DNA of 64,000 nt from an uncultured Bacteroidota bacterium (GTDB lineage Bacteria > Bacteroidota > Ignavibacteria > UBA10030 > UBA6906): the NCBI GenBank assembly GCA_963700635.1, contig CAVOYH010000003.1:96001-160000 (forward strand), read 5' to 3'. The position numbers were made by a program, and so were the translations under genes. Positions 48,739 through 56,726 of this stretch are shown piece after piece (position 1 is the first letter of the stretch; each line of letters starts with the position of its first letter). The notes beneath the pieces are model-generated. The model was not told the DNA's origin. It made no database searches and worked only from the letters and a program-made list of their open reading frames with translations.

Positions 48739-48776
48739 TTGTGAACGAATTTACAAAACACAACTTGTATTGTCAA
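48739..48776 (-). promoter_or_regulatory. sigma70-like promoter of TonB operon 1 with overlapping palindromic operator
   Basis: TTGACA-N17-TAAATT (48776-48748); palindrome TTGTGAA-CGAA-TTTACAA at 48739-48756. Confidence 0.7.
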
Positions 48777-48822
48777 GAAAACTGATGCGAGTAAAGATTC
48801 AAAGAACGAACGTGTAAACCCT

Positions 48823-49827
48823 TTATTCATAGTCACTTACATGGATTTCGCGCTGATGGCCGGAATTCCGGAACAGGATAGTTCCATCACGGGACGATAT
48901 GTGCGCAGGTGTGTCATTACTCCCGGCAAATGATTCCCTCACTATCTCTCTTCCCCCTTCCGTAACAACATGGAGCGTGGGATCTGCATAACGAATACCC
49001 TCTGCCCCTGCCAGAATCCGTTCCATGACAAATCCTGCCGAAGTGCCTGCGCACGTCACACCGGTGATCACGCTCCCGCCGGGCGGTGATGTCCATTGAG
49101 AACACTCTCCGGATGGATCCAGCGGTCCGAACATCACTTCGTTTCGATCTGCCACAACAAAACGCCCGCTGCGAGCGTCAACAGCGGCGTTCCTCATCAG
49201 CAGCGGAAGAACTCTGACGCTCGCTCCCCGGACATCAAGAATTTCCGTCGCAACGGTTGGCAGCCCGGATCCCGACGCATAGGAAGAAACTATCACGGTG
49301 GCCCCATCACCGGATAAATAGATTTCGGAACCCGACTCAAAAGCGAGCACACCGGTCCAGAGCTCCTCCCCGGCCACCGAGTACATCACCACCCGTGCGC
49401 GATCGAAGGAAGGTCCGGAAACCAGAAAGACCATCCGGTCTCCGGCAACCGAACACTTGAGTATCCGTTCATGGTCCGGGGCGGCATCACCGAACGGGCG
49501 CCAGATGTTCACAGTGTTTCCCCGCGCATCAAGGAACTCAACGACTCCCGCGAACGCATCCACAACAACGGCTTCACCGGCATTGTCGCTCACCAGCACA
49601 CCGGGAAAGGGAGAGCCATACGGCACTAATTTTTCTATGGTATGCAGCAGAACGCCGGAGCGGGTGAGGATTCGCGCACTCCAGCGGCTGGCTTCAGGTT
49701 CTCCTTTTATCCCTTCGGTCGTCACCAACGATTTAATCCGGAAATTCCCGCGGCGTGATTCCAGATCCTCAGCAGAAAGTACGGCTGAGACGCCGAGAAC
49801 AACACACAGCATCAGAACAGGTTTCAT
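48823..49827 (-). CDS. Hypothetical secreted protein
   Basis: Signal peptide MKPVLMLCVVLGVSAVLSA; ATGA overlap with the upstream M23 gene; beta-rich composition. Confidence 0.7.
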   Translation of the reverse strand: MKPVLMLCVVLGVSAVLSAEDLESRRGNFRIKSLVTTEGIKGEPEASRWSARILTRSGVLLHTIEKLVPYGSPFPGVLVSDNAGEAVVVDAFAGVVEFLDARGNTVNIWRPFGDAAPDHERILKCSVAGDRMVFLVSGPSFDRARVVMYSVAGEELWTGVLAFESGSEIYLSGDGATVIVSSYASGSGLPTVATEILDVRGASVRVLPLLMRNAAVDARSGRFVVADRNEVMFGPLDPSGECSQWTSPPGGSVITGVTCAGTSAGFVMERILAGAEGIRYADPTLHVVTEGGREIVRESFAGSNDTPAHISSRDGTILFRNSGHQREIHVSDYE

Positions 49828-52181
49828 CGTACGAGCACCATTCGTATTGTCGCAGTCTGTAAACCGGCGGACAGCCGGCAATAATAGATACCACTTGCAG
49901 CGTTCTCGGCACGCCACTCTCTGGTGTGCTCACCGGCATTATGCATCTCATTTGCAAGAGTCACAACCACCCTGCCCAGAACATCGTACACCTGAAGCCT
50001 GACGTGGTCCTGCGTTTCTATGGCGTACCGGATGGTCGTGGAGGGATTAAAGGGATTGGGATAATTCTGCTGGAGTCCGAAGTGCACCGGTTGAGTCTCC
50101 GGACTGTCCCCTGCCGCCACTTCCGTCACGCCCCCGAAAAACAGGAAGATCCTGGCCATGAGCGAGTCCCGCTGCGCCGCGCTCACAACAGTCTCAATGG
50201 GGAATCCAAGAGTCACCACGGCTCCCGGAGTACTCCCGCCAGAGAAGATCCCCTGATACCCTACACCGGCTGTGCCGCCCGTCCCTGAGAGATTATACAA
50301 CAGAATGCTCTGGGATCCTCCCCATGTGACCAGCACGTCCGGCCAGTCTTCTTCGTAGGGTGATCCTTCACCGACCACACCATATCGGAAGTTCATTCCG
50401 GAAAACACCGAGGTTCCATTTCCGATTACGGTGTACTCGTTTGCATCGTCGGACAGATATCCGGCCTTCAGAAAATCATGCAAAAAATCCCGGTCGGCTT
50501 GAGTTGGACCGGAACTACGATCCAGGTCGTATCCGATTTCCGATCCGCTCACCAGAAGTCTCCCGCCCTGGTGGAGATAGGTCCGGACTAATCCCTGTTC
50601 CTGTGCCGAGAATGTCTCGTCATTTGTCGATTCATCCCCCAGCACCCAGATCACCCTGGCATAACCCGGTAATAAGAAAGAGCTGTCGAGCAGCGCTTCA
50701 TTGGCGCATGTTTCGAAGTCGCCGGGCACGGAAGACCCATGCGTCATGGCAAAGGGGTGGGATGGTCCATGGTAGCTTCCCGATGCTTCGGTCCGGTCAA
50801 AGCCGTCCACAATAAGTGTCTTGTCCGGGGAACTGTTCAGTCGCAAGCCGTACACATCACTGTACCCGCTGACATTTGTGGGAGAGGCGGAATCCACAGC
50901 CACCATCCGGAAGAAGATCCGGCCCGAGCGGATATTATCATAGGAGATGCGCGTGACGTCTTTTCCCAACCGTTGTTCGTTTTCCCGTTGCGACCATGTT
51001 GTCCCGTCGTTCGAGAAGTATAACCGGTACCCGAGAAGATCTGCCTCCATGTTGGGAAACCAGGAAATACTGACCCGGTTGATGGAGTCGTTCACCACCG
51101 ACCGGAGCACCGGTGGTGCCGGCGCAATCAGGTCACCCCGTTCCACCGTCACAGCAACGTAATCTGTGTCCGTCCAGCCACGGGTGTCGGCGGTAAAAAT
51201 CATCACCCGGTACGGACCGGTCGGCAGTAACTCGGTGTTCCAGAAGTTGTTGGGAACGGAACCCGTTGCGTGTATGGCATCAGCGCCATTGCCGTTGGTC
51301 ACCGAATAGATGTGGGTGGAGAGGTCCGACCCGGTGGCAAACACACGGTGGACATCGGAATTGTACGGCTTCCGGTCGAACCTGAACCTGACGCCGGCTG
51401 CGGGGGGTTCATACACAACGGCTGTCCCGTCGCTCGAAAGAATTTTGTACCCGAGGATGTATGTGCCGTTGTTCGTGGTTGATGAGGATAGCTCCCAGGA
51501 CTGTGAGGCGTTTGTCTCCTGGACGTGGACCCTGATATCCACGGCCCCGCTCAGACGCCCGCCCAGGAATTCCGTTTCCCCTTCGTCCACGAAGAAGCGT
51601 ATCGACATGATCCGCGGCGGATAGTTGTCAATGTATGGCGTGAAACCGCCGACGGGCCGGATGGCATTTATCTCCGAGCCGGAGAGCCCGTGCGTGAAGT
51701 GTACGTGCCCCAGACCGGGAAGAATTGTCCCAAGGACCGTCTGATAGGCAAGCACCGGATCGCCCACCCTGAGAGCCGGATTCGGGCTGATATGCACGTA
51801 TGCATCACTCTTGGAGAGCCCGCTCACGGAATACCACACGCGCACATAGGCATTAGTCCCCTGATCTTGTGTCGTCCCGATGGCCGTGATGGTCCCGTTG
51901 TACACGGAATAGACGGGAGAGCCATCCGGCATGGGGATATCGACGCCATTGTGGAAGTGGTCGCTGGTGAGCGTATTACGAAATTCACAAAATGTACCGG
52001 TGATCGGGTGTGATGAGAAAAACTGCAGCACGGGCCACCCGTGGGTTGTCGTGTCAGTCTGTGCAGGGAGTATCCCGAACCCGGACAACACCAGTATCAT
52101 CAAGAACCAACCTGATCTCTTTTTCAAAAGCCGCTCCTGTCCGATGTGCTCTCTCCTGCGCACGATTCTTCGCGCAGTCAT
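49824..52181 (-). CDS. M23-family metallopeptidase with FN3, shared accessory domain and T9SS type A CTD
   Basis: HFHNGVDI (HxxxD), YVH, GHVHF (HxH); LGYRLY FN3; LQQNYPNPFNP...RMVLVR. Confidence 0.8.
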   Translation of the reverse strand: MTARRIVRRREHIGQERLLKKRSGWFLMILVLSGFGILPAQTDTTTHGWPVLQFFSSHPITGTFCEFRNTLTSDHFHNGVDIPMPDGSPVYSVYNGTITAIGTTQDQGTNAYVRVWYSVSGLSKSDAYVHISPNPALRVGDPVLAYQTVLGTILPGLGHVHFTHGLSGSEINAIRPVGGFTPYIDNYPPRIMSIRFFVDEGETEFLGGRLSGAVDIRVHVQETNASQSWELSSSTTNNGTYILGYKILSSDGTAVVYEPPAAGVRFRFDRKPYNSDVHRVFATGSDLSTHIYSVTNGNGADAIHATGSVPNNFWNTELLPTGPYRVMIFTADTRGWTDTDYVAVTVERGDLIAPAPPVLRSVVNDSINRVSISWFPNMEADLLGYRLYFSNDGTTWSQRENEQRLGKDVTRISYDNIRSGRIFFRMVAVDSASPTNVSGYSDVYGLRLNSSPDKTLIVDGFDRTEASGSYHGPSHPFAMTHGSSVPGDFETCANEALLDSSFLLPGYARVIWVLGDESTNDETFSAQEQGLVRTYLHQGGRLLVSGSEIGYDLDRSSGPTQADRDFLHDFLKAGYLSDDANEYTVIGNGTSVFSGMNFRYGVVGEGSPYEEDWPDVLVTWGGSQSILLYNLSGTGGTAGVGYQGIFSGGSTPGAVVTLGFPIETVVSAAQRDSLMARIFLFFGGVTEVAAGDSPETQPVHFGLQQNYPNPFNPSTTIRYAIETQDHVRLQVYDVLGRVVVTLANEMHNAGEHTREWRAENAASGIYYCRLSAGLQTATIRMVLVR

Positions 52182-52189
52182 TGCTGATC

Positions 52190-54706
52190 TTATTTTAGCA
52201 CAACCATTTTTCGCATGGTCGTCTTCCCGCCCATAAACAGAACGGCAAAATAGGTGCCGCTCGGCAGGTGCGTCGCGTCAAACATGACGCTGTGATCCCC
52301 CGCCGGTTTTTCTTCGTTTACAAGGACACCCACTTCCTGTCCGAGCAGATCAAACACCTTTAACGTCACAACACCCGGTTGTGAGAGTGTGTATTCGATC
52401 GTGGTCCGGGGATTAAACGGATTGGGGAAGTTCTGGCGCAGCTCCCAGATGCCCGGAACGGCATGATCTCCGGCCACGGCAGAGATCCCTTCGAAATACC
52501 CCAGCACCTTTCCGATCAGATTCGCCCTCCGTGCCGGTGACCCGATGGTCTCGACGGCAAATCCGATGTAGATCAGTTTCCCCGTCGCCGTTCCGGATCC
52601 AAACGGTCCGGCATACTGAACGGCGGCGGTACGTGATGCCGAATAGATCAGCGCCGCAAGGGATCCTCCTGTCGGGGTGATGTAGTCCGGATAGTCTTCG
52701 GGATACACCTCCCCGAAGGTTCCGCTCTCGCCGTGAAATGCCGACCCGGCGACCCCGGTGTATGTCAGTGTCCCCGCATTATCGCCTGCATACGTCGCCT
52801 TAAGATAGCCGGAATAGAATGCCGGGGCATAATTCGCCGAAACACTCCGGCCAAGATCGTATCCGATCTCCGAGCCGGTGATACACAGATGACCTCCGTT
52901 CTGAAGGTATGTCTGGAGAAGAGTCTGTTCAACGGAATTCAGGGAAAGGTCAGCAACAGATTCGTCGCCGAGGAACCAGAGAAGCCCGGCGTACGACGGA
53001 AGTGACACGATGGCGCGTTGCACAGCATCATTGTCCGCCGCATCCGATTGCCATCCATTCTCCCCCAGGGCTCTTACGTACTGTGCTGCAAAATTGTGGT
53101 GGCGCCGGCTGTAGCTCCCCGTCACCCGGTCGAACCCGTCAATGACAAGATACCGTTGTCCGGTCCCGGTCCGCACGGCGTAGGTGTCGGACGTATCACT
53201 CAACCGTATGCGTGAGCTATCCACCGCCAGCATCCGGACATAATAAGTGGTCTTGTCTGCAAGCTTCGGGATCACAGCCGAGCGGCGCTCGGGAGTAAGA
53301 ATACTTTCATCCAGATGGGGTGTGGCCGGCCAGACATCCGGGTTCTGACTCACGAACAAACGGAACCCGCCCAGAAACTGTTCTCCCGCCGATTCCCATC
53401 GAACAAGAATTCTGGATTCGGAAGGTGTTGAACTATCTTTTACCGCCGCAAGCACGGGCGCGGATGGAATCCGCGGCACATACCCGGAATCCGTCATGTA
53501 CTGGGCAAGGACGTTCCAGATATCCTGATTACCCGCATCCATTCCCAGAGCCCACATCCCGACTCCCCCCAGGTCACGGTCCAGTACAAACTGGTACTTG
53601 TGACTCATACTCTCGGGATCGTCGTACCATCCCTGATACCATTGCGTGCCCGCCTGGTAACGGAACCATGCGTTGAGGGCTGACTGCTCCCAGAGCCGGC
53701 CATACGTTCCAATATATCCCAGGGCATCGGGATAGTATATGACCGTGCCCGAACCCTGCGTCAGCGCCTTTGGATCGCCGGAGGCGGCCGGCCATCGGTA
53801 CCCGAAGTGGGGAACGCCCAGAATTATTTTGCCGGCAGGAATCCGCGCCTGCACAAAATCGATGAACGTGGTGATATTCAGACTTCCCCAGAAACTGTTG
53901 TTCGGCAGGAGCCCGACGGGACGGGTTGTGCTGGTGCCCGACCAGCCGTAGCCATATCCCTGGAAGAAGAAGAGATCCACTGAACCGTAGAGAGCCACCA
54001 GATCCCAGTCGCCGGCGCGGGTATCAAAATCCGTCGGCGCACACGAGACCTGCGACCCCGGCATCCGGATGTGGAAACTGTCCGCCAGAACCTGCATAAA
54101 CTCCGTCAGCGCATCCCTGCTGCCGCTGTTGATCCCTTCGAAATTGATGTTGATCCCATCGCCGTTTCCGGCCTGGACAATGGCAAGGGCCTGCTGGATG
54201 AATGTGGTCCGATAGAGGGGAGTGTTTACAAGCGCGTCGATGTCGCTGGAACTGAAGTTGGTAAAGCAGAGCACTACCTTTACGCCGTTTGTGTGGGCGG
54301 TGTTGATCATGCTGATCACATCAGCAACCGCCGCGGGGTCGCCCGGATATCGAGGCCAGCCGTGGGTGTCACCGATCGATCCATCGGTATTAATCTCCCC
54401 GCTGAAGTAGGCGATGGTGCTCACGAGCCGGTAGTTGAGCTGTGTCCATCTGGACCGGAACCAGTACGGCAAATACCCGAACACTTCACGAGTAAGCGAG
54501 ATGTTTTTCTGGGAGAGATCAAGAGGCAGGATGGTATACCCCGCCGGTGCGATTTCAACGGACGCGGTTTTCTCCGTTTCCCTGTACATGCGGGCAAACA
54601 TCCCGTGCACACTGGAATCAGCCGGAAGAATCTCGGGGAATGATACGGTGGGCCAGAGCAGACACAGGAAGATAAAAAGGTTGCGCCGGCCGCTGCGATG
54701 TGACAT
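52190..54706 (-). CDS. GH18-family glycoside hydrolase with FN3, shared accessory domain and T9SS type A CTD
   Basis: EVFGYLPYW, DGININFE, ILGVPHFG, WYDDPES...K, LGGVGMWALG; LRQNFPNPFNP...KMVVLK. Start taken at ATG 54706. Confidence 0.82.
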   Translation of the reverse strand: MSHRSGRRNLFIFLCLLWPTVSFPEILPADSSVHGMFARMYRETEKTASVEIAPAGYTILPLDLSQKNISLTREVFGYLPYWFRSRWTQLNYRLVSTIAYFSGEINTDGSIGDTHGWPRYPGDPAAVADVISMINTAHTNGVKVVLCFTNFSSSDIDALVNTPLYRTTFIQQALAIVQAGNGDGININFEGINSGSRDALTEFMQVLADSFHIRMPGSQVSCAPTDFDTRAGDWDLVALYGSVDLFFFQGYGYGWSGTSTTRPVGLLPNNSFWGSLNITTFIDFVQARIPAGKIILGVPHFGYRWPAASGDPKALTQGSGTVIYYPDALGYIGTYGRLWEQSALNAWFRYQAGTQWYQGWYDDPESMSHKYQFVLDRDLGGVGMWALGMDAGNQDIWNVLAQYMTDSGYVPRIPSAPVLAAVKDSSTPSESRILVRWESAGEQFLGGFRLFVSQNPDVWPATPHLDESILTPERRSAVIPKLADKTTYYVRMLAVDSSRIRLSDTSDTYAVRTGTGQRYLVIDGFDRVTGSYSRRHHNFAAQYVRALGENGWQSDAADNDAVQRAIVSLPSYAGLLWFLGDESVADLSLNSVEQTLLQTYLQNGGHLCITGSEIGYDLGRSVSANYAPAFYSGYLKATYAGDNAGTLTYTGVAGSAFHGESGTFGEVYPEDYPDYITPTGGSLAALIYSASRTAAVQYAGPFGSGTATGKLIYIGFAVETIGSPARRANLIGKVLGYFEGISAVAGDHAVPGIWELRQNFPNPFNPRTTIEYTLSQPGVVTLKVFDLLGQEVGVLVNEEKPAGDHSVMFDATHLPSGTYFAVLFMGGKTTMRKMVVLK

Positions 54707-54867
54707 GGGTGACAGGATCGTGCTTTCTTTTAAGGAGACGAATGCCGGGGAAAATGTCAACAGAGCACCCCACTCCGGCGACCTTCTTTCAGAAGAACGG
54801 CTGCAGAAGGACCTAACCGGGAGCGCCTGACTCCCGGGTGGTAATACTGAAAGAAAGAGGTCCGCTG

Positions 54868-54902
54868 AAACAGAGCCCCCCGCCAGAAAAAAAGCGGGGG
54901 GC
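54868..54902 (-). terminator. Probable terminator/stem-loop after gene 54998-56464
   Basis: GCCCCCCGC...GCGGGGGGC stem followed by TCTGTTT on the minus strand. Further hairpins lie nearby. Confidence 0.55.
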
Positions 54903-54997
54903 AATATACGGGCGGCGTTCACGTTGGGCGGAACCCGGAACGTACCGCCGCCGGTCTGGGTCCGGTGTATCGGACCACCGGCGGACCCGGAATATCC

Positions 54998-56464
54998 TTA
55001 CTTCAGAATCACCATCTTCTTTACTGCGGAATACGATCCTGCCTTCAGCGTATAAAAATATGTTCCGCTGGGCAGGTTTGCTGCGTCAAACGTGGCGCGA
55101 TACGTTCCCGCACCTTTTTCCTGGTTTATCAGCGTCGCGATTTCCTGGCCGAGGACATCAAACACCTTCAACGACACAAAGCCTGACTGCGGGATGGTGA
55201 ATTCAACGGTCGTCGTCGGGTTAAACGGATTGGGGTAGTTTTGCGACAGGGTATAACCCGATGGCAGTTCTCCGCCTATCTCTTCTACGCCGGTCGTGAA
55301 GCTGGGTAGTGTCCCGTTGTATTTCCACTTCTCAACGGTCCACCCGTAATACGATTGGCTGTAGAGGTTCTCGTTCTGATCCCATTTTACGTCGTAGGTG
55401 GAGGCGTACGCAGAAACGTTTCCCGGAATGTCTCCATCACCGCGCGATGAGTAGCTTCCGGTGATCGCAAAGGCCCAGGCGGCCTGATCGATCGTATTCA
55501 TGCTCGTGTCCGGAGAAATGAACGCGCCGGTGTTGCCGTTCAAGAGATAAATCCTTCCGTAGGAGTAGTTGGTCCCTCCGGACGGTTTCCACATCGAATC
55601 ACATGCCACAGCGAGGATGTTTTTTGATGCGAGATGAGCCAGCCCGATCGGTCCCGTACGCGATGGGGCTAAGGTACCGGTCAAGGTATCTTTGGGGCCC
55701 ATGCTGAAGCTGAATCCCGGTGCAAGAGTGTAACCGGTCGCGGGTGTCCCCACGTACTTTATCACCCTGAAATTTTTGTAGTCTGCGATGAATATTGCGT
55801 TCCCACTGGACGTCACGGCGATCCCTTTATAGACGCCGTCGGGAAGGTTGATTGTCGTGATCGGCGCATCGGTGTGTCCTGCAGGTGTCCACTGGGCAAT
55901 GGGGCGATACACTTTCAGGTCTGCGGTGACGCCCGTTGTCGAGTCGTTACACACGTAGACGTAACCGTTGGCGTCAACATCAATACCAAAAATGTTGTTC
56001 GTGCCGGTTTGCTGGCGGGGGAACGGGTCCACAATAGTGATCGTATCTGCTGTGTATTTGAACACCAGCACATTGTGGTCCGGATCATTATTTGCAACGT
56101 AGATCAGACTGTCCGGTGTTGCTTTGATTTTATACGCATTCAGCATCGGCACCTGGTCGAATCCGCCGTCGGTCCAGACCTGATAGATGCCCGATGTGAC
56201 TCCGGACCCGTACCCGTAAAAGTACTTTCGCCCGAGTCCGGAATCCGCATTAACGTAGGGGACCATAAAATTCCGGGTATTCCGGGTTGTCACGAGCGCA
56301 ACGAACATGTTTTCTTTGATCACACCCACACCCATGACCTGGTGCCCCGTGCCGTTGGCTTCGTTATCCCACGTTGCGTACAGGCAGTTCCACTGGGCGT
56401 CGGCGGAAGCGCCGAGTACCAGCATGAGTACAACCAACAAGCCGAATTGTAGGAATTGTTTCAT
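54998..56464 (-). CDS. T9SS type A sorting domain protein, predicted beta-propeller
   Basis: SD GGAGGA; signal peptide ending ADA/Q; GIDVDANGYVYV, GIAVTSSG..IFIAD; LSQNYPNPFNP...KKMVILK. Confidence 0.82.
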   Translation of the reverse strand: MKQFLQFGLLVVLMLVLGASADAQWNCLYATWDNEANGTGHQVMGVGVIKENMFVALVTTRNTRNFMVPYVNADSGLGRKYFYGYGSGVTSGIYQVWTDGGFDQVPMLNAYKIKATPDSLIYVANNDPDHNVLVFKYTADTITIVDPFPRQQTGTNNIFGIDVDANGYVYVCNDSTTGVTADLKVYRPIAQWTPAGHTDAPITTINLPDGVYKGIAVTSSGNAIFIADYKNFRVIKYVGTPATGYTLAPGFSFSMGPKDTLTGTLAPSRTGPIGLAHLASKNILAVACDSMWKPSGGTNYSYGRIYLLNGNTGAFISPDTSMNTIDQAAWAFAITGSYSSRGDGDIPGNVSAYASTYDVKWDQNENLYSQSYYGWTVEKWKYNGTLPSFTTGVEEIGGELPSGYTLSQNYPNPFNPTTTVEFTIPQSGFVSLKVFDVLGQEIATLINQEKGAGTYRATFDAANLPSGTYFYTLKAGSYSAVKKMVILK

Positions 56465-56535
56465 CGTTCCTCCTGATTGTTGCATGGCGTGAATGGCTGC
56501 CGGAATGACAGGCAAAAAGGCGCAGTCCTTCAATG

Positions 56536-56602
56536 AAGTTAACACAAACAATGTAAAAATCAAGGATTCCGGCTTGACTAAGGATGGGGGTTTGTCTATA
56601 TT
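56536..56602. promoter_or_regulatory. Divergent sigma70-like promoters
   Basis: Plus strand TTGACT-N17-TATATT (56574-56602) for TonB operon 2; minus strand TTGATT-N16-TAACTT with TG extension (56563-56536). Confidence 0.62.
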
Positions 56603-56726
56603 TTTACACAGTAACGGTGATCCTAGCCCCTCCGTCACATCCACAGATTTGCAGGAATGAGACCTTTTTTTCCCTTCTCAATCTCCCAGTAGACGAATGG
56701 CATTAACATCAACTAGAAGGTACACC

